Positions 34,423 through 46,398 of a stretch of DNA of 64,000 nt are shown here, one piece after another. The position numbers were made by a program, and so were the translations under genes. A model generated the notes under the pieces. It had not been told where the DNA came from, ran no database searches, and was given only the letters and a program-made list of their open reading frames with translations. Every line of letters begins with the position of its first letter. Within the stretch, counting starts at the first letter, position 1. The DNA is from Epithemia pelagica. Taxonomy: Eukaryota > Protista > Bacillariophyta. The stretch lies in NCBI GenBank assembly GCA_946965045.2, contig OX337240.1, positions 930,001 through 994,000 of the forward strand. Direction: 5' to 3'.

Positions 34423-36318
34423 TCACCGTTCACTGCATCTATCACTACCGTACTGGTTATTTGCATCCGCTTCCCCGTCACCACGAGGAGAAGAAAACTG
34501 ATTGAGGATCTCTTCCAAGGTCGAAATTGTTTGGTGGAGGCAGTCTGGAGGTTGTCGAAGTCCAAAGTCTGTGGGATCCTCGCCGTCGTTCGACTTGAGG
34601 TATTCCTCGGTCATTGCCGCCATTCGATGAAGTTTGTCAACTGAGCTCTTCTCCTCGTTCAGATTGTCAAAGAGACCGGAAGGGGAAGTCAGCAGCAAGA
34701 ATGAAGCCACCAATTGGATCTGCGTGTACAACAGTGCTTGTGTCCATGCACGCAAGAAATTGGGATACCGCAAGTATGCATATACTACACTGTCGTCCTC
34801 GAGGATTCTCTTAGGCGCATTTGCCTTCACTGTCCCTTCATCCAGATCAATTAGCGTCAACTTTTGGGAAACGGCGTTGTAAACCAGGTTGTGTGGAAGA
34901 GCATCCCCGTGGAAAAGACTATCGCACAAGGATTTTGTCTCTCCCCATAAAATACTGAAAATGGAGCAAAACTTGTGGAAACCGAGATCGACAATGGTTG
35001 CCTCCTTAACGGCATCGCCACAATCGTGCATGAGGAAAACTCCCAACTGATCAGTTCCGTATGGCAGTACACAGTATGTGTCGTAGTACTGCTGCTGGTA
35101 CTTGCCAAAAAGTTCATTCACCGAATTGGCAGGGTTGGGCCGAAGAGATGTATCCTTCAACCTTACTTTGAGATAGAAATGTTTGGTAGAATCTGCTGGT
35201 TTCAATGATTTGAAAAAATCACTAACTTGCCCTTCAAATTTCTCCCAACGTCGATCTAAGGAGGGGGGAAATCTTTCCAAGAGCCGTGTTATTTCATCTT
35301 TGTTCCCACAAAAGACCATTGACGTCGTGCCATTGGAGACGAGATGCGGGCTGTTCCATAAGGCTTCCGGTAATGTGAGAAGAGCTGGAATCCTGTGCGA
35401 AGCTGCAATCACCTGCTCGATTTCACCACCAATTTCCTGCGTCTTGCCGTTCCTGAGAAAGTGCACTAGAAGCTGAACTCCGAACAAATCATCAGTCCGA
35501 CACAGTGTCCAAAAGACTTGTGAAAGAAGGGAATCACCCAGATGCTCAGGTGCTGATAGTCGGACAAGGCCCACCGCGTATTCGTTCTTCTTCGCACCAA
35601 AGCAACCGTAGCCGCAGAGGCAAAATCCAAAGACGGACCGCACTTTCATTCCCATGTGCACACGGAAAAAATAGAGAAGGGCACAGAGGTATAAGGCGCA
35701 CTGCTTTGAAGCATTGGATATAGAGAAGGTGCCACCATTTTTTATTTCCCCAAAGTGAAGGGCCCTTTCTCGAACAACAGTCAAATTTGGTAGACAGGTG
35801 GTTGTCACATTCAATCCCTTCAACAATCTCTCCTGGATCAGGATTGCATTCAATCCTTCCTCTCGACTGAGGCGAGATTCGTAGAACTCATTCAAGAGTG
35901 CTTTCAGAGGTGTTTCCTGGTAGCGCTCATTTCGTCCAAAAATTCTCCGCAACATTATCTCGCTTTCCCACCGTGATGACGAAACGGGAAATTGAACGCC
36001 ATGATTGTGCTTGAGATCCGTATAGATGGCATTGCGTAGCTCATTCTTCGACAGCCTTCTATCCTTCAAAGCTCGTTTCACGTTATCTCCGATGATGATC
36101 TCGGAGGACGGTGCGACATATGAGTTGTCCGGAAAGAAAATGTCGGGTTTGTCCACGGCAATCTCTTTAATCTCGGCTGGGTAATGGTCGTGCAAGATGG
36201 CTGAGGACTTGCTCGCACAAAGGGCGCCCGAAGGTGCGGGGCGCTCCATCAAGCCCAGTCTTTGTCTCTTTTGTGGCCTGTCGCTTCGGCCGTCTGCTAC
36301 GCTGGCAATGGGTTTCAT
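34423..36318 (-). CDS. CR-like REase+kinase protein, copy 2
   Basis: 631-aa paralogue of 20701-22605 with the same motifs. Confidence 0.65.
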   Translation of the reverse strand: MKPIASVADGRSDRPQKRQRLGLMERPAPSGALCASKSSAILHDHYPAEIKEIAVDKPDIFFPDNSYVAPSSEIIIGDNVKRALKDRRLSKNELRNAIYTDLKHNHGVQFPVSSSRWESEIMLRRIFGRNERYQETPLKALLNEFYESRLSREEGLNAILIQERLLKGLNVTTTCLPNLTVVRERALHFGEIKNGGTFSISNASKQCALYLCALLYFFRVHMGMKVRSVFGFCLCGYGCFGAKKNEYAVGLVRLSAPEHLGDSLLSQVFWTLCRTDDLFGVQLLVHFLRNGKTQEIGGEIEQVIAASHRIPALLTLPEALWNSPHLVSNGTTSMVFCGNKDEITRLLERFPPSLDRRWEKFEGQVSDFFKSLKPADSTKHFYLKVRLKDTSLRPNPANSVNELFGKYQQQYYDTYCVLPYGTDQLGVFLMHDCGDAVKEATIVDLGFHKFCSIFSILWGETKSLCDSLFHGDALPHNLVYNAVSQKLTLIDLDEGTVKANAPKRILEDDSVVYAYLRYPNFLRAWTQALLYTQIQLVASFLLLTSPSGLFDNLNEEKSSVDKLHRMAAMTEEYLKSNDGEDPTDFGLRQPPDCLHQTISTLEEILNQFSSPRGDGEADANNQYGSDRCSER

Positions 36319-36373
36319 GATTGTAGCATTAATCTTTGTTTCACCTTGTGTTGTTGTTGTTTTTACTTTACAA

Positions 36374-36381
36374 ATCTATTG
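36374..36381. other. Empty (pre-insertion) site ATCTATTG of the hAT element
   Basis: caaATCTATTGtactgattg here equals the left flank (49849-49859) joined to the right flank (61624 onward) of the insertion in unit 2. Confidence 0.95.
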
Positions 36382-39300
36382 TACTGATTGATGGTCCTAA
36401 GCGGCCGAACCGCTGAGATAGTGGTGGTGAAAAACTATGCGATTGTAAACGGTGTGTACAAATGGAGCAGCGAGCAGCGGTGCAAATCCTGTAGGAGTAC
36501 GCTCGAGGATGGCTCGCTGGGTTATACGTGGAATTGGGTGGATGAGGCGGTCTCTCCGTAGCCCGTACCTGCCTTTTCTAAAATTGCTACCTAGACAACG
36601 ATAGCTACCGTATTACCGGTTTTGACCCCGTTCTTTTCCTATCGTTCTGCGTTAACAATTCTACTCTATTTGCTATAACCATCCGCATTTTTTACGTTCT
36701 ATAACCGCTCGACACATAAAATACACGGTAATCACACGTTTCCAGGAGTTCCGATAATGCGACACCATATTCGAAATATTTATCTCTTTGGTAGATAGTC
36801 GTACAGCTTGCCCCCAAAACAGTCCATGACACCCATACAACCTTGGCCCCCGAAACTTTTTTCGCAAAATACCCCATCTTTTTGTTTCGGGGGCATTTTT
36901 GCCGTTATATCGGTTTTTCCAAATGTCAATACACTTAATTCTTCAATTTAATAATTTTAAATCCGTTACGCATGTTCCAACTGGACCTGCTTAAAGATCA
37001 GTCTTCCTTCTGACTGCAGGGCGTACCCGAACCTGTTTCGTAACAGTGGGAAACGCACTAATATAAAATCATCTCCGCCAACCGCTTTCTTTCTGTACCG
37101 GTTTGAACCTTGGTCAAGAGATCTGCAAAGTTCGTCCATGATGGTTCATATGCAATCCGACATATACCATTGGCAACGTTCTCCCTTACAAAATGATATG
37201 CAATAGCATTCGACTTCTTGCGGAGAGTCGACTCCGGTCTGGTTCCGTTCTGTACGACCGACATATTGTCCACCCTTATGTGGGCATGACCATCCAATGG
37301 AACGCCCAGCATCCTCAATTTGTACCTCAAGCCTTTTACCATTTCAATACCAACTTTCAAGGCCATAAACTCCGAACCAAACGTCGAGGTTTCGACACTT
37401 CCACTAACCAACGGAGCACTCCAATCTGTTGTTGGAAAAAGGATTGCCATTCTTGGTCGCAATAGGATGAAGTGTCCAACTCAGGACGGTAACCGGATGG
37501 GAGGACGCCTGCCACGCGAGTTTTGAGGATCATATCTCGCTCTTCCAACCATATCTTCACATTTCGAATCGCTTCTGTAGTTTACTTCTTGGAACTCAAG
37601 GCCCCACATCGTTTGTGTTGGTTGAGCATGTTGAGAATATCTCCTCATCCCCTGTCCGAGATTACCAGCACATCGTCAATATAAATAAAGACGAGTTCAT
37701 AGTATGCCAATCCATCCTGTTTCTTGGCTGGTCGTAGATATACGTCAGGATCAGCTTTGCAAGGCTTGAACCCCAATGATTCTTGTAGGGTGGTGGAAAG
37801 ATGTTCTCTCCAGGCGAATGCACGGGTTTTGAGCCCATAGAGGGCTTTTGTTATTACCGCAAAACGTCCCTCATACTCTTTCCCGAACTCAAGGCCACAG
37901 CGAGTGCAAATCTTTTTATGACAAGGAGCATTTAGGTAGGCTCCTGCTATATCGGCAGCGGTAACATCAACACCATTTAATGCGGCCAACATAAATCCAA
38001 TTCGGACACTTTCTCGGGAAACAACACTCGCGTACGTCGGTGTTTTGGGTTCTCCTGTCTTATGGCCACCTGCAACATATCTTGCCTTTCGAGTGAAATC
38101 CATCTTCACGTCGAATACGATATGGCAGGGGATTATCTCATGGCCAACAGGTTGTGGTGCTCCTTTGTCCAGAATCTTAACTGCTGGAAATATTTTCGAC
38201 ATTTCAAGTTGCAGTGCCTTGGCCCAAAAGTCTGTACCGCTTTCCCTATCAATTTCCAATGCCCTTTCGACGTTCTTGGGCAGTTCAATACCGTATATCG
38301 GGTTGACTTGGCCGCCTTGATTAATCGGTTGCGCCTCTTCAAAGCAAAGGTGACCCACCAAGCAAAAGCCGGTTCCTTGTCTATTAAGTTTGCAACCACG
38401 GCATATTTGGCCACTTCCAATGGATTGGATTCCTTTCGGTCTTGCAACTTCTCTCATGACGTCGATCCGTCTTTCCATTTGACACACATAGACCATCCTC
38501 TCGTTGTTCTTCTTTTCTTGTGCTCCCTTCCATTCCAATGAAAGGTACCATCCAAGATGGGGATAGCTGTAGCGTCCTTCTTGTGGTCGACAATGCTGCT
38601 CAGAAGGTGATATTTATTGCCTTCTTCATCCAGTTGTTCATAGATGTTTTCGGCTATCAGATTGGCTGCGTAGGATTCAACATTCCCGTCCTGAAATTCC
38701 ACTTCATACATTGTTGTATCGAGGATTGGGTTCGTTGATGGGCGTCCAACAAGGTTCCCTTCGGCGTCTCTTTTCCTTCGTTTGACTTGCCCTGGACGTA
38801 ATGTGCCTCCTATCGGTAACATGACTTTTGCTGTAATAAGCTTGTCATAGGAGTCAGTCTTGTACTCGTCGAGGTCCGGCTTTCGAACATTCTCTTGCTC
38901 ATTGTCCTCATAAGCGTCATAAAAGGGAGTGTCTGTCCCATCTTCTTCGGCCTCGTCTTCTTCAATTGGCATGCCTTCGAATTTGGCGCCTAATACTGCC
39001 TTCAAATTGGCATTGAATTGTTCTCGCTGAGCCGTGAAGGTTTCATTGTGGGATTTCTCTGCAGATAAAGGCCATACCGACGTTCTATAGATGACCTTCC
39101 CTCCTTTGTCCGTAAGGATTTTAGAACTCATGGCTTGACCAACACTTTGACTAGGTCCAAGCCATCTACCCAATTTTCGACCTTCGAACCCAGTGTTTGA
39201 ATACCAGACAGGGTCATACCACCGATGTTCCACCAAGTGTGATATATCTGGTGTGTCCCCTGTCAACGTAGTGAGTGGAGGACCGGCATCAAATGGACTT

Positions 39301-41434
39301 GTCAATAAGACTGTGTGAGATTGTCTCACTGCAACCAACTCAAGACAATGATCCCAAAGAACAGAGGGTCCTCATCTCGCCGCGGTACATCCTTTTCAGT
39401 TCCCGAATATTGGCCTCTGCCAAATTCTGATTGGGCGTGTACGCCTCGATAGGCTTGATCCGACAACTAAACTTGTGCGCCGTCCTTCTGAAATTCCCAC
39501 TCGTCAACTCTGGAGCGTTGTAGGGAATGATACTGTTGAAGATCCCATCATCACTGAATACACGTTCAAGTGTTATAAGGGCATCTTTCTTCCTTTCCAT
39601 TGGGTAAAACTCAACCTAACCAAAGTCCGTTGCATATACTTGTCCGCAAGTATTTTGCCCAAGCGACTTGACATCGGAGAAGAGGGTGTCAGTATAAACA
39701 TCCGCTCTCAATCTCCGGCGGTGCTTAAGTTGATATGCCGTAAGGCGTTATCTCTTGCTTCCTGTGGAGTCGGAGACATCACAAACTCCCCATTGCGTTG
39801 TAGCCGAAGCTGTTTTCTCAGCCAAGGGAATACCTATCCCCCATCGTCTCGCCAAAGTCACAGGATCAACAGTCCCCTGACGACGATGCCTCAGGTCGGC
39901 TATCGTTCTTGTATTCACACGAACCATACGAGCCATTCTTTGATGCAAGTCTCTTGGTTCTTTCGTACGGACGGTATTTGACTCTAGATCTACTCGGAGT
40001 TTCCTTTCGTCGGCATCAGCCAAGTCATTCGGGTCCCACTTACTCGGATCAGTGTTCTTGATCTCGTCCCAAGTTGGCTACCTTACGGTGAATGAACTTA
40101 TCACACCAACTAGGTCGAATTGGATAACAAGTTGTTTGCTTTCGTCTGAGAGAGGAGCGGCAATAGAATGGGAGAGGTGATTTCTGTCCTCGCTCTTGAT
40201 GAATTTTAAATGCACGTTGTTTACGGTTACTCCCGCCTCCCTCATCTGGTTTGGATTCAGGAAGCACTTGTTCATCATCGGCAGATGTAAAGCCTGATGA
40301 AAATACAGAAGGTACGTCTCAAATGTCGTCGGATCATCATAAGCCACGACTCCTGTGATGATAGGCGTCTCTTTTATACTTTCGAGTGAATTCGTAAACC
40401 CACTAACTTCCGCCTTGCCTGTTGTATATAAGACCAAACAGACATCACCCAAGCAACAAGTATCGGCGTGACTGTCCAATTCGCATGCTGCTGTCATGGC
40501 TGTGATTTCACCGCTTGTAATCGTACTGACATTATGTCAGACACGATCATTCCGCTTCTTTTGCTGGCTCATGATTGCTCCAACTCCGGCCTCTCTCTCT
40601 TCTGTGGAGTCATCTCCATTACTCGTGGAATCTTCAGTTGTGTCTGTGGCTGATGAAGAGCCATCGTTGTTCTTTCTCTTCTTCTTGTTGGAATTCACTC
40701 CTGATGCAGACCGTTTCTTGGTACTGCTGTTTTGCTTGTCACGCGTCTCTCGAACCAAATGCTGTTGCTCAGGTGTGAGCTTGATCCACTGTCGATAAGG
40801 GTAGTATCTATTGGGGTCGAATTTTGTCGGAGTGTCTTGTTTGTTCTTGTTATTTCCCTTGTTATTTCCCTTGTTGTTTTTCTTGTTGTTCGAATGGATT
40901 GCAGAAATCTTGGCCCTTCTTGTTGTTGCACTAAATGAGACCTTGTTATCTTGTACCTCTGCAAGGTATCCTGAGGCAACTTCGAATGAGAGTCGAAGCG
41001 TTGGGGTTGCGAGGATTTGGTTCTTTGCGCTTTCCAGACGTGAATCATGGATCCCTGTGAGGAGGATCCTAATCTTCCTTTCTTCACTGACAAACTCTCC
41101 TGTTGATTCAAGGTCCGAGAAGGCACGTTGGAGTGATTCGATGTATTTTTCATAGTTGAAATTCCTCTTCGTGCCATGATCATAATAGTTTGTTTCCAAA
41201 GTCTGGAACGAAAATGGACCTTTTGTTGTCTCGCGTATTGTTGGTGGAGTCTTCTATCAGCATGACCACGATCTGCCAATGGACCAGCAAGAGATTTGCA
41301 AATGGGAGGACGCCGACGAAGTGCTACTCCTCATTCGTCAGTTCAACTAGTGCTAATGCTTCTTCATTCCTCAGTTCGACTCATCATAGTGCTTCTTCAT
41401 TATTTTACTAATTGCTTATTGTTACATTCCATAC

Positions 41435-44260
41435 TCATTCATCTATATCATCGTTTTGTTGCAACATATCCAATAGTTCTGACGTTGTTTGTGACTGTGC
41501 TTGACTTTGGTTTGCTGGTTGTGCTGTTGGGAGTCCGACCTCCCAGTCATCATCTAAAGGCCCTTCAAGTTCCTCCAAACAGAACAAATCGCTATCATTG
41601 GACAGTCCATACTCCAGTGTTCCTCCGTTCTTCTTGATCCATTTGTCAAACACATCGATCTCTTCCTGTGGCCGTTGGAGGTAGGCTGCCTTTATCTCAC
41701 TTTCTGTTGAACCGATAAGAAAAACCATGCGTTGTTGTAACCAGCGAGCCAATGCCTGCATTCTACTCTTTTCCCCAGTTCCCCTGTTTGCCCCACCACC
41801 ACGTTGTGTCCTGCTAAAATAGAAACATTTGAATAAACTATAGAATGCTGGCTCAAGGTGTTAGCTTAGTAGCACAATCTGCTCTCGTCTTCATTGCAAT
41901 GACTTACCTTCCAATCCCTGTTGACTATGCAACCATAGATTGCACCATTTCAAAAGATACTCCATACAATGACCACTTCCCAACATGTGGGCATAGTTAG
42001 TGATTCCCTCTGAGCCATACAATGCTACCCAGTCCCTGTAGAAGTAGTCCACGTCTCCTCGCTGGAAAGCAAAGATTTCAGCGTCCGACAGGTCATTTTG
42101 TACGTTGACTTTCTTCATGGCCTCTCTGAAATATTGAATGGAACTCTTGAATAGAGCTTTCTTTTGCTCGTCGACTAAGCAACAATCAATCAATAACTCG
42201 AATTTGGGAAGCAACTTGCGTATTCTTACATTGTCCATGGTGATCTCGCCGACTTTGTTACTTGGCGTCTCGTATGGCAACTTCCATTGCGTTGGCAGAA
42301 CTTGAGAACCAAGTATTTCCAGATTCATAAGACTCTGGATCTTGTCGGTGAACGCGGCAACTCGGTCATCTATGGTTGTTGTATCGGGCGGCATCCATGG
42401 TAATTTGATTCCATCCTTCGGATTCACAGCGTTATTCAGTCCGGTCTTCAGAACCATGCTAAGAAATTTTATGCCCATCCTGTTCTCCATGTGGAGGAGA
42501 CACGGAATGGCATCCATCATGAGAACAATAGCAATCCTTTTTCTCAAAGCCTTCACATTGTCAAGGCATTCCACGGCCTTCTTGTATGCCCATTCACTCA
42601 CTTTCTGACATTTCAGGCGCTTCTGACGTTCTTCCAAGATTCCAGTCATACGAAGTCGACGGATCCTGAGATCGTTTGAAACGGATCTGGCGTATTGCTG
42701 TCTCTGTTCTGCACTGGCCTGCTCCAAGTCGAAGTGAATGGAGTACAGTTGTGTTCTCTGCATTTCAGTTCCATTCGAGTTTGGATCCTCTGCCATTGAC
42801 AATTCAGAATGCTCCTTCAACGCCTCAAGGTCCTTTGCAATAGTGGGAAGCGAACTCTTTTGAAATTCTTTGACTTCTTGTTCCATGGACTCTATGTGTT
42901 CGTCTGTCAGCATTTTCACATGCCTGCATATCGACGTGGGATCTTGATCATGATCCAGTTCTAGACAAGTGGAACACTTTGATGGTTTCGTGCCAGATGG
43001 TTCATGGAGTTGACCACTGTGGATGGCGCATTTTGAACAAGGGAACTTGTGTTGTTTTGCAGCTCCACCTCTGCCGCTCAACTCCCAATCGCATTTCATA
43101 TCGCAGTTCGTACAAAGAGTGGGCTTCTTGATTCCATGCTCCTTGGATACGACATCGACGGCCTTCTTTATTTCTTCCAGAGTTCTGGCAAACACACCCA
43201 AGACGTTGGCCGTTGTTTCTGGCATCGCAACGCACCCAACAGGGAAGACCGATTGTTGTGATTGTGTGTAGGGGTTGGACGGGTCATTAAACTTGATCCC
43301 CACGAGAGTATGGGAAAGATTTTTGGTGAACAGAGCACCATCAAGGCTTTGGGCGATCCGGATAGACTTGACCACGGCCTCAGTCCCCATTACATGACCA
43401 GCCTTTAGCAGACATACTAGAACATCGGCAGCTCGGAAAGCAAAGCCCTCTGTTCCATTCTTTGAGTTAGTCTTTAGAATGTAGGGACAAATAACCCGAC
43501 CAAATGTCTCGACCATTGTAGCGTATGCCTTCATGCAACCTGAAGAGGGAAGCAACGTCTTGACCCGTGGAACCCCGTCTGTTTCAACAGTTTGGAGGAG
43601 TTTGATTCCTTCATAGTTCAAGACTCCGCCACGCAAATCCATTTGTTTCAGAATCCGGTGCGGAGTAAACACATTCTCCCGAATGTAATCTCCTCGGAAC
43701 ACAGAATAAGAACACTGCTTGAGTTGGCCCTCATGAACAGTGTCGTCCAAGCACAATTTGGCGATTTGTGAGTAGAAATACTTCAATGAGCGACTATTGG
43801 TGGCACGAATGTTCTTTGTGGCATCTTCAATCACGTTGCGAATGTGTTGTACAAGGGTATCTGCCTGTTCGTTGGTTGTTACGGTGTTGGGGAGACGTCG
43901 GCTTTTACATGACGTACAGTTTCTTTCCAGTTCTATGATTGTTTTCTTTGCTGTACGCAACTTATCGGCTTTGTTACGAAGCTGTTTGGTCATAGAGTTG
44001 TTCTTTTCTTGAGATATTTGCAAACACTCTCTCAAACGGAGTACTTCTTGTTGTAGCGTCGTCACCTCTGATGTTCCTGGTGCATCGGTATCAGGGATAG
44101 TGCTGTGAAGTTCAGTAGTAGTTGGGGACTCTGTACTGAATGCATTCTGTACGACTTCCACAGCAACGGATGACTCTTCGTTTATTGAAGATTGATTGTC
44201 TACAATATTGACAGAGGTCGTTTGTTCTTCGGTATCGGAACTGTACTGGTTCTGGAGCAT
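41435..44260 (-). CDS. Transib/Chapaev/RAG1-like DDE transposase, copy B, open reading frame (intron 41848-41907)
   Basis: Motifs in RAG1-core order: IAQSLDG (D1), NCDMK..G..FPCSKC (D2 + CxxC), CLLHMENR, GITNYAHMLGSGH (HxxxxxH) and SQQGLE|A (E). The GTAAGT..GCTAAC..CCAG intron joins exon 2 AFYSLFKCFYFSRTQRGG. Confidence 0.75.
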
Positions 44261-44328
44261 CTCAATGGCTTCCGTCGACAGCTCTGGTTGGGTGGCTTGA
44301 TCTTCGTTCTCTTCTTCGTCATCTTCTT

Positions 44329-45225
44329 CTATGTCCGAGAGGCAGGCACTGGGACCAATCGTATTTGGTTGGAATCGGCTTGAAGTGAATGTATTAACGA
44401 CGTTCTTCTTTTGGTCTGCTTCTTCTTGTTCTTCTTCTGTCGAGGATTTGACTGGGTATTCTCGTCGTCGTCAGAAATTCTATCAGTTGGTTTAACTAAG
44501 TTAGTACTATGCCATGCCGCACATTTGTATGGACCCTTCGCACGTTTCCTATTTACTTTCAATTCAGGGCTGGACCGTTCGTTGTTGTCGGCGTTCACAC
44601 ATTGACTACAGGACAGGAAAGCTTCGTGTTCAAATACCTTCATTCGATTGAGACCGAAGACAGAACAAGGATAGTTGTCTTCGCTCTTAAAGTCTTGAAT
44701 GATCTTGTGAATGCAGCGCTGTTCCAGAACAGAGTTCTCGATGGTTCCTTCGTCTTCAAGTCGTTGACTGCGAGTTCGTTTGTTCGGAGAAGCAGCAGAT
44801 AAGAGTGGTGGAGGAGCACTACTTCTCTTCTTGCTGGCTCGACTTGGCTGTTGTTTTCGAATGACTCTGGAAGGCTTAGGACGACTGATGGAAGTCTTCT
44901 TGTTCTTCTGGACTGAGGGAGATGGAGGGGATTGACTAGCAGATTCGTTCTCCTTGTTGGGGCAATGGTTGGAATCGGTACGCAGGGAGGGAGGTAAGAA
45001 AAGATCATTTGGAAGGCAACATGAACAGGGATCCTGGGAGTTTTGGTCGGGACGGGAACGGGTAGATGGTCTTGACATCGGTCTTTGTGTTTGTCTGTTA
45101 CTAAAAGGAAGTGTTGGAATGGTTGTCTCCTTCGACATGAGAAAGGGAGGTGCACTGATGATGTTGGTTTTTGGAAATTTGGTCGAGACTAATGTGCGAT
45201 TGATGTAGAAATGTTGTACATACAT
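44329..45225 (-). CDS. Upstream ORF of the Transib-like unit, copy B
   Basis: Duplicate of 30802-31698. Confidence 0.4.
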   Translation of the reverse strand: MYVQHFYINRTLVSTKFPKTNIISAPPFLMSKETTIPTLPFSNRQTQRPMSRPSTRSRPDQNSQDPCSCCLPNDLFLPPSLRTDSNHCPNKENESASQSPPSPSVQKNKKTSISRPKPSRVIRKQQPSRASKKRSSAPPPLLSAASPNKRTRSQRLEDEGTIENSVLEQRCIHKIIQDFKSEDNYPCSVFGLNRMKVFEHEAFLSCSQCVNADNNERSSPELKVNRKRAKGPYKCAAWHSTNLVKPTDRISDDDENTQSNPRQKKNKKKQTKRRTSLIHSLQADSNQIRLVPVPASRT

Positions 45226-45673
45226 TAATGGTAGTGTTGGTGCGCCGGCTGAACTTATTCGGCCATCTCATTTTTTGGATGGCATCATCCGACAAAAAAA
45301 GGGGCAGTTGTTGGATGAGGCGTTTTTGAGAACCTTTCGGATATCTGAGAGCGAGACCAAGGGCGGGGAATGTTACTTGGATGACTGTCGGATGATTTCC
45401 GACCGTTGGTCTCGCTCTCAGGGGTCTGATAGATCCGTTGAAAGGGCTCCAAGTTAGGGGCTAGCCTAAATCTCTGTAAATTCGGCAAAGGGTAGTTTTT
45501 CATTTAACAAAAGGGTTTCTCACTGTTTGTGCTATAGTTAATCCGCAAATTTATGAGAGCGTCTCGGCAGGGCCGGCGATGACCGTTTACACCGGTAGCT
45601 CGTATTGACGGCAAAGAACAGGCGCGTCCGCCATTGCCAGGGTGTGCGCAGTAGCAGGCAACCACACCCCTCA

Positions 45674-46398
45674 GGGTCGGTCTTATCGGCGTGAAATTTC
45701 ACACATTTCACACTTCTGGCCGATTCATCTACGTTGACTAGGTGTGATTTTCCCCACAGTACATTAGGACGTTCTTAGCTCCACAGCAACACACAGCTAT
45801 TGCCACCATGGAGTCGTCGTTCAGTGCACCTCCAGAAGAGGGCCATCGCAACAATCAACTCATCGTTTCGGCCGAACAAAACAATCCGGGGCCACGACAT
45901 GACAATGGCACAAAAAGCAACAATCAACTACTCCCCATCTCTGGTTCTTTCAGTTCTACAGTTCTACAACAAACACAACGATCAACACCTTGTTTCGGCC
46001 GAACGAGACAATCCTGTGCCGCGACAACGACAACAAACGCAACAACAAACTATAAGTGAAACCATCACTTATACCAATGACAACAAGCAGCAGTGGTGGT
46101 GACTACATAATATAGGCTTATAATTACTAGGAGTAAGTCGGTTGTATGTTTTGCACTTGTATGATTGTTGTTTATTACTCGCACAGGAAGGGTAAGCGCC
46201 TCGTCATGGTGAAAAGGTTCATCGGTACGAGGTACGAGTTACGACTGCGAAAGACTGAGGTTTTGTGTGAAATCGATTGCACACCTATTGCCAATTGCCA
46301 TCGATCGGACCCTTGTTTTTCACACCCTAAAAACTGCGACATTTGGAAGCTGGATTTGTGTGAAATGAGTGAAATTTCACGCTCGATAAGACCATCCC
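45674..46398. mobile_element. Harbinger/Tourist-like MITE, 725 bp, ~30-40 bp TIRs, TCA target duplication, inserted in the CoDi leader
   Basis: TCA|GGGTCGGTCTTATCGGCGTGAAATTTCAC ... GTGAAATTTCACGCTCGATAAGACCATCCC|TCA. The two flanks join into leader sequence homologous to the uninterrupted CoDi at ~62270-62345. Confidence 0.85.

Larger units (their letters stand above)
23233..36760. repeat. Tandem segmental duplication, unit 1 (~13.5 kb)
   Basis: Near-identical to 37128-49859 plus 61624-61996, at an offset of ~13,480-13,530 bp. Confidence 0.92.

Noticed and set aside
36846-36894. Helitron 3' hairpin explaining the captured gene fragments
   Set aside because: No CTRR terminus at the expected distance on either strand, and no Rep/helicase ORF in the window.
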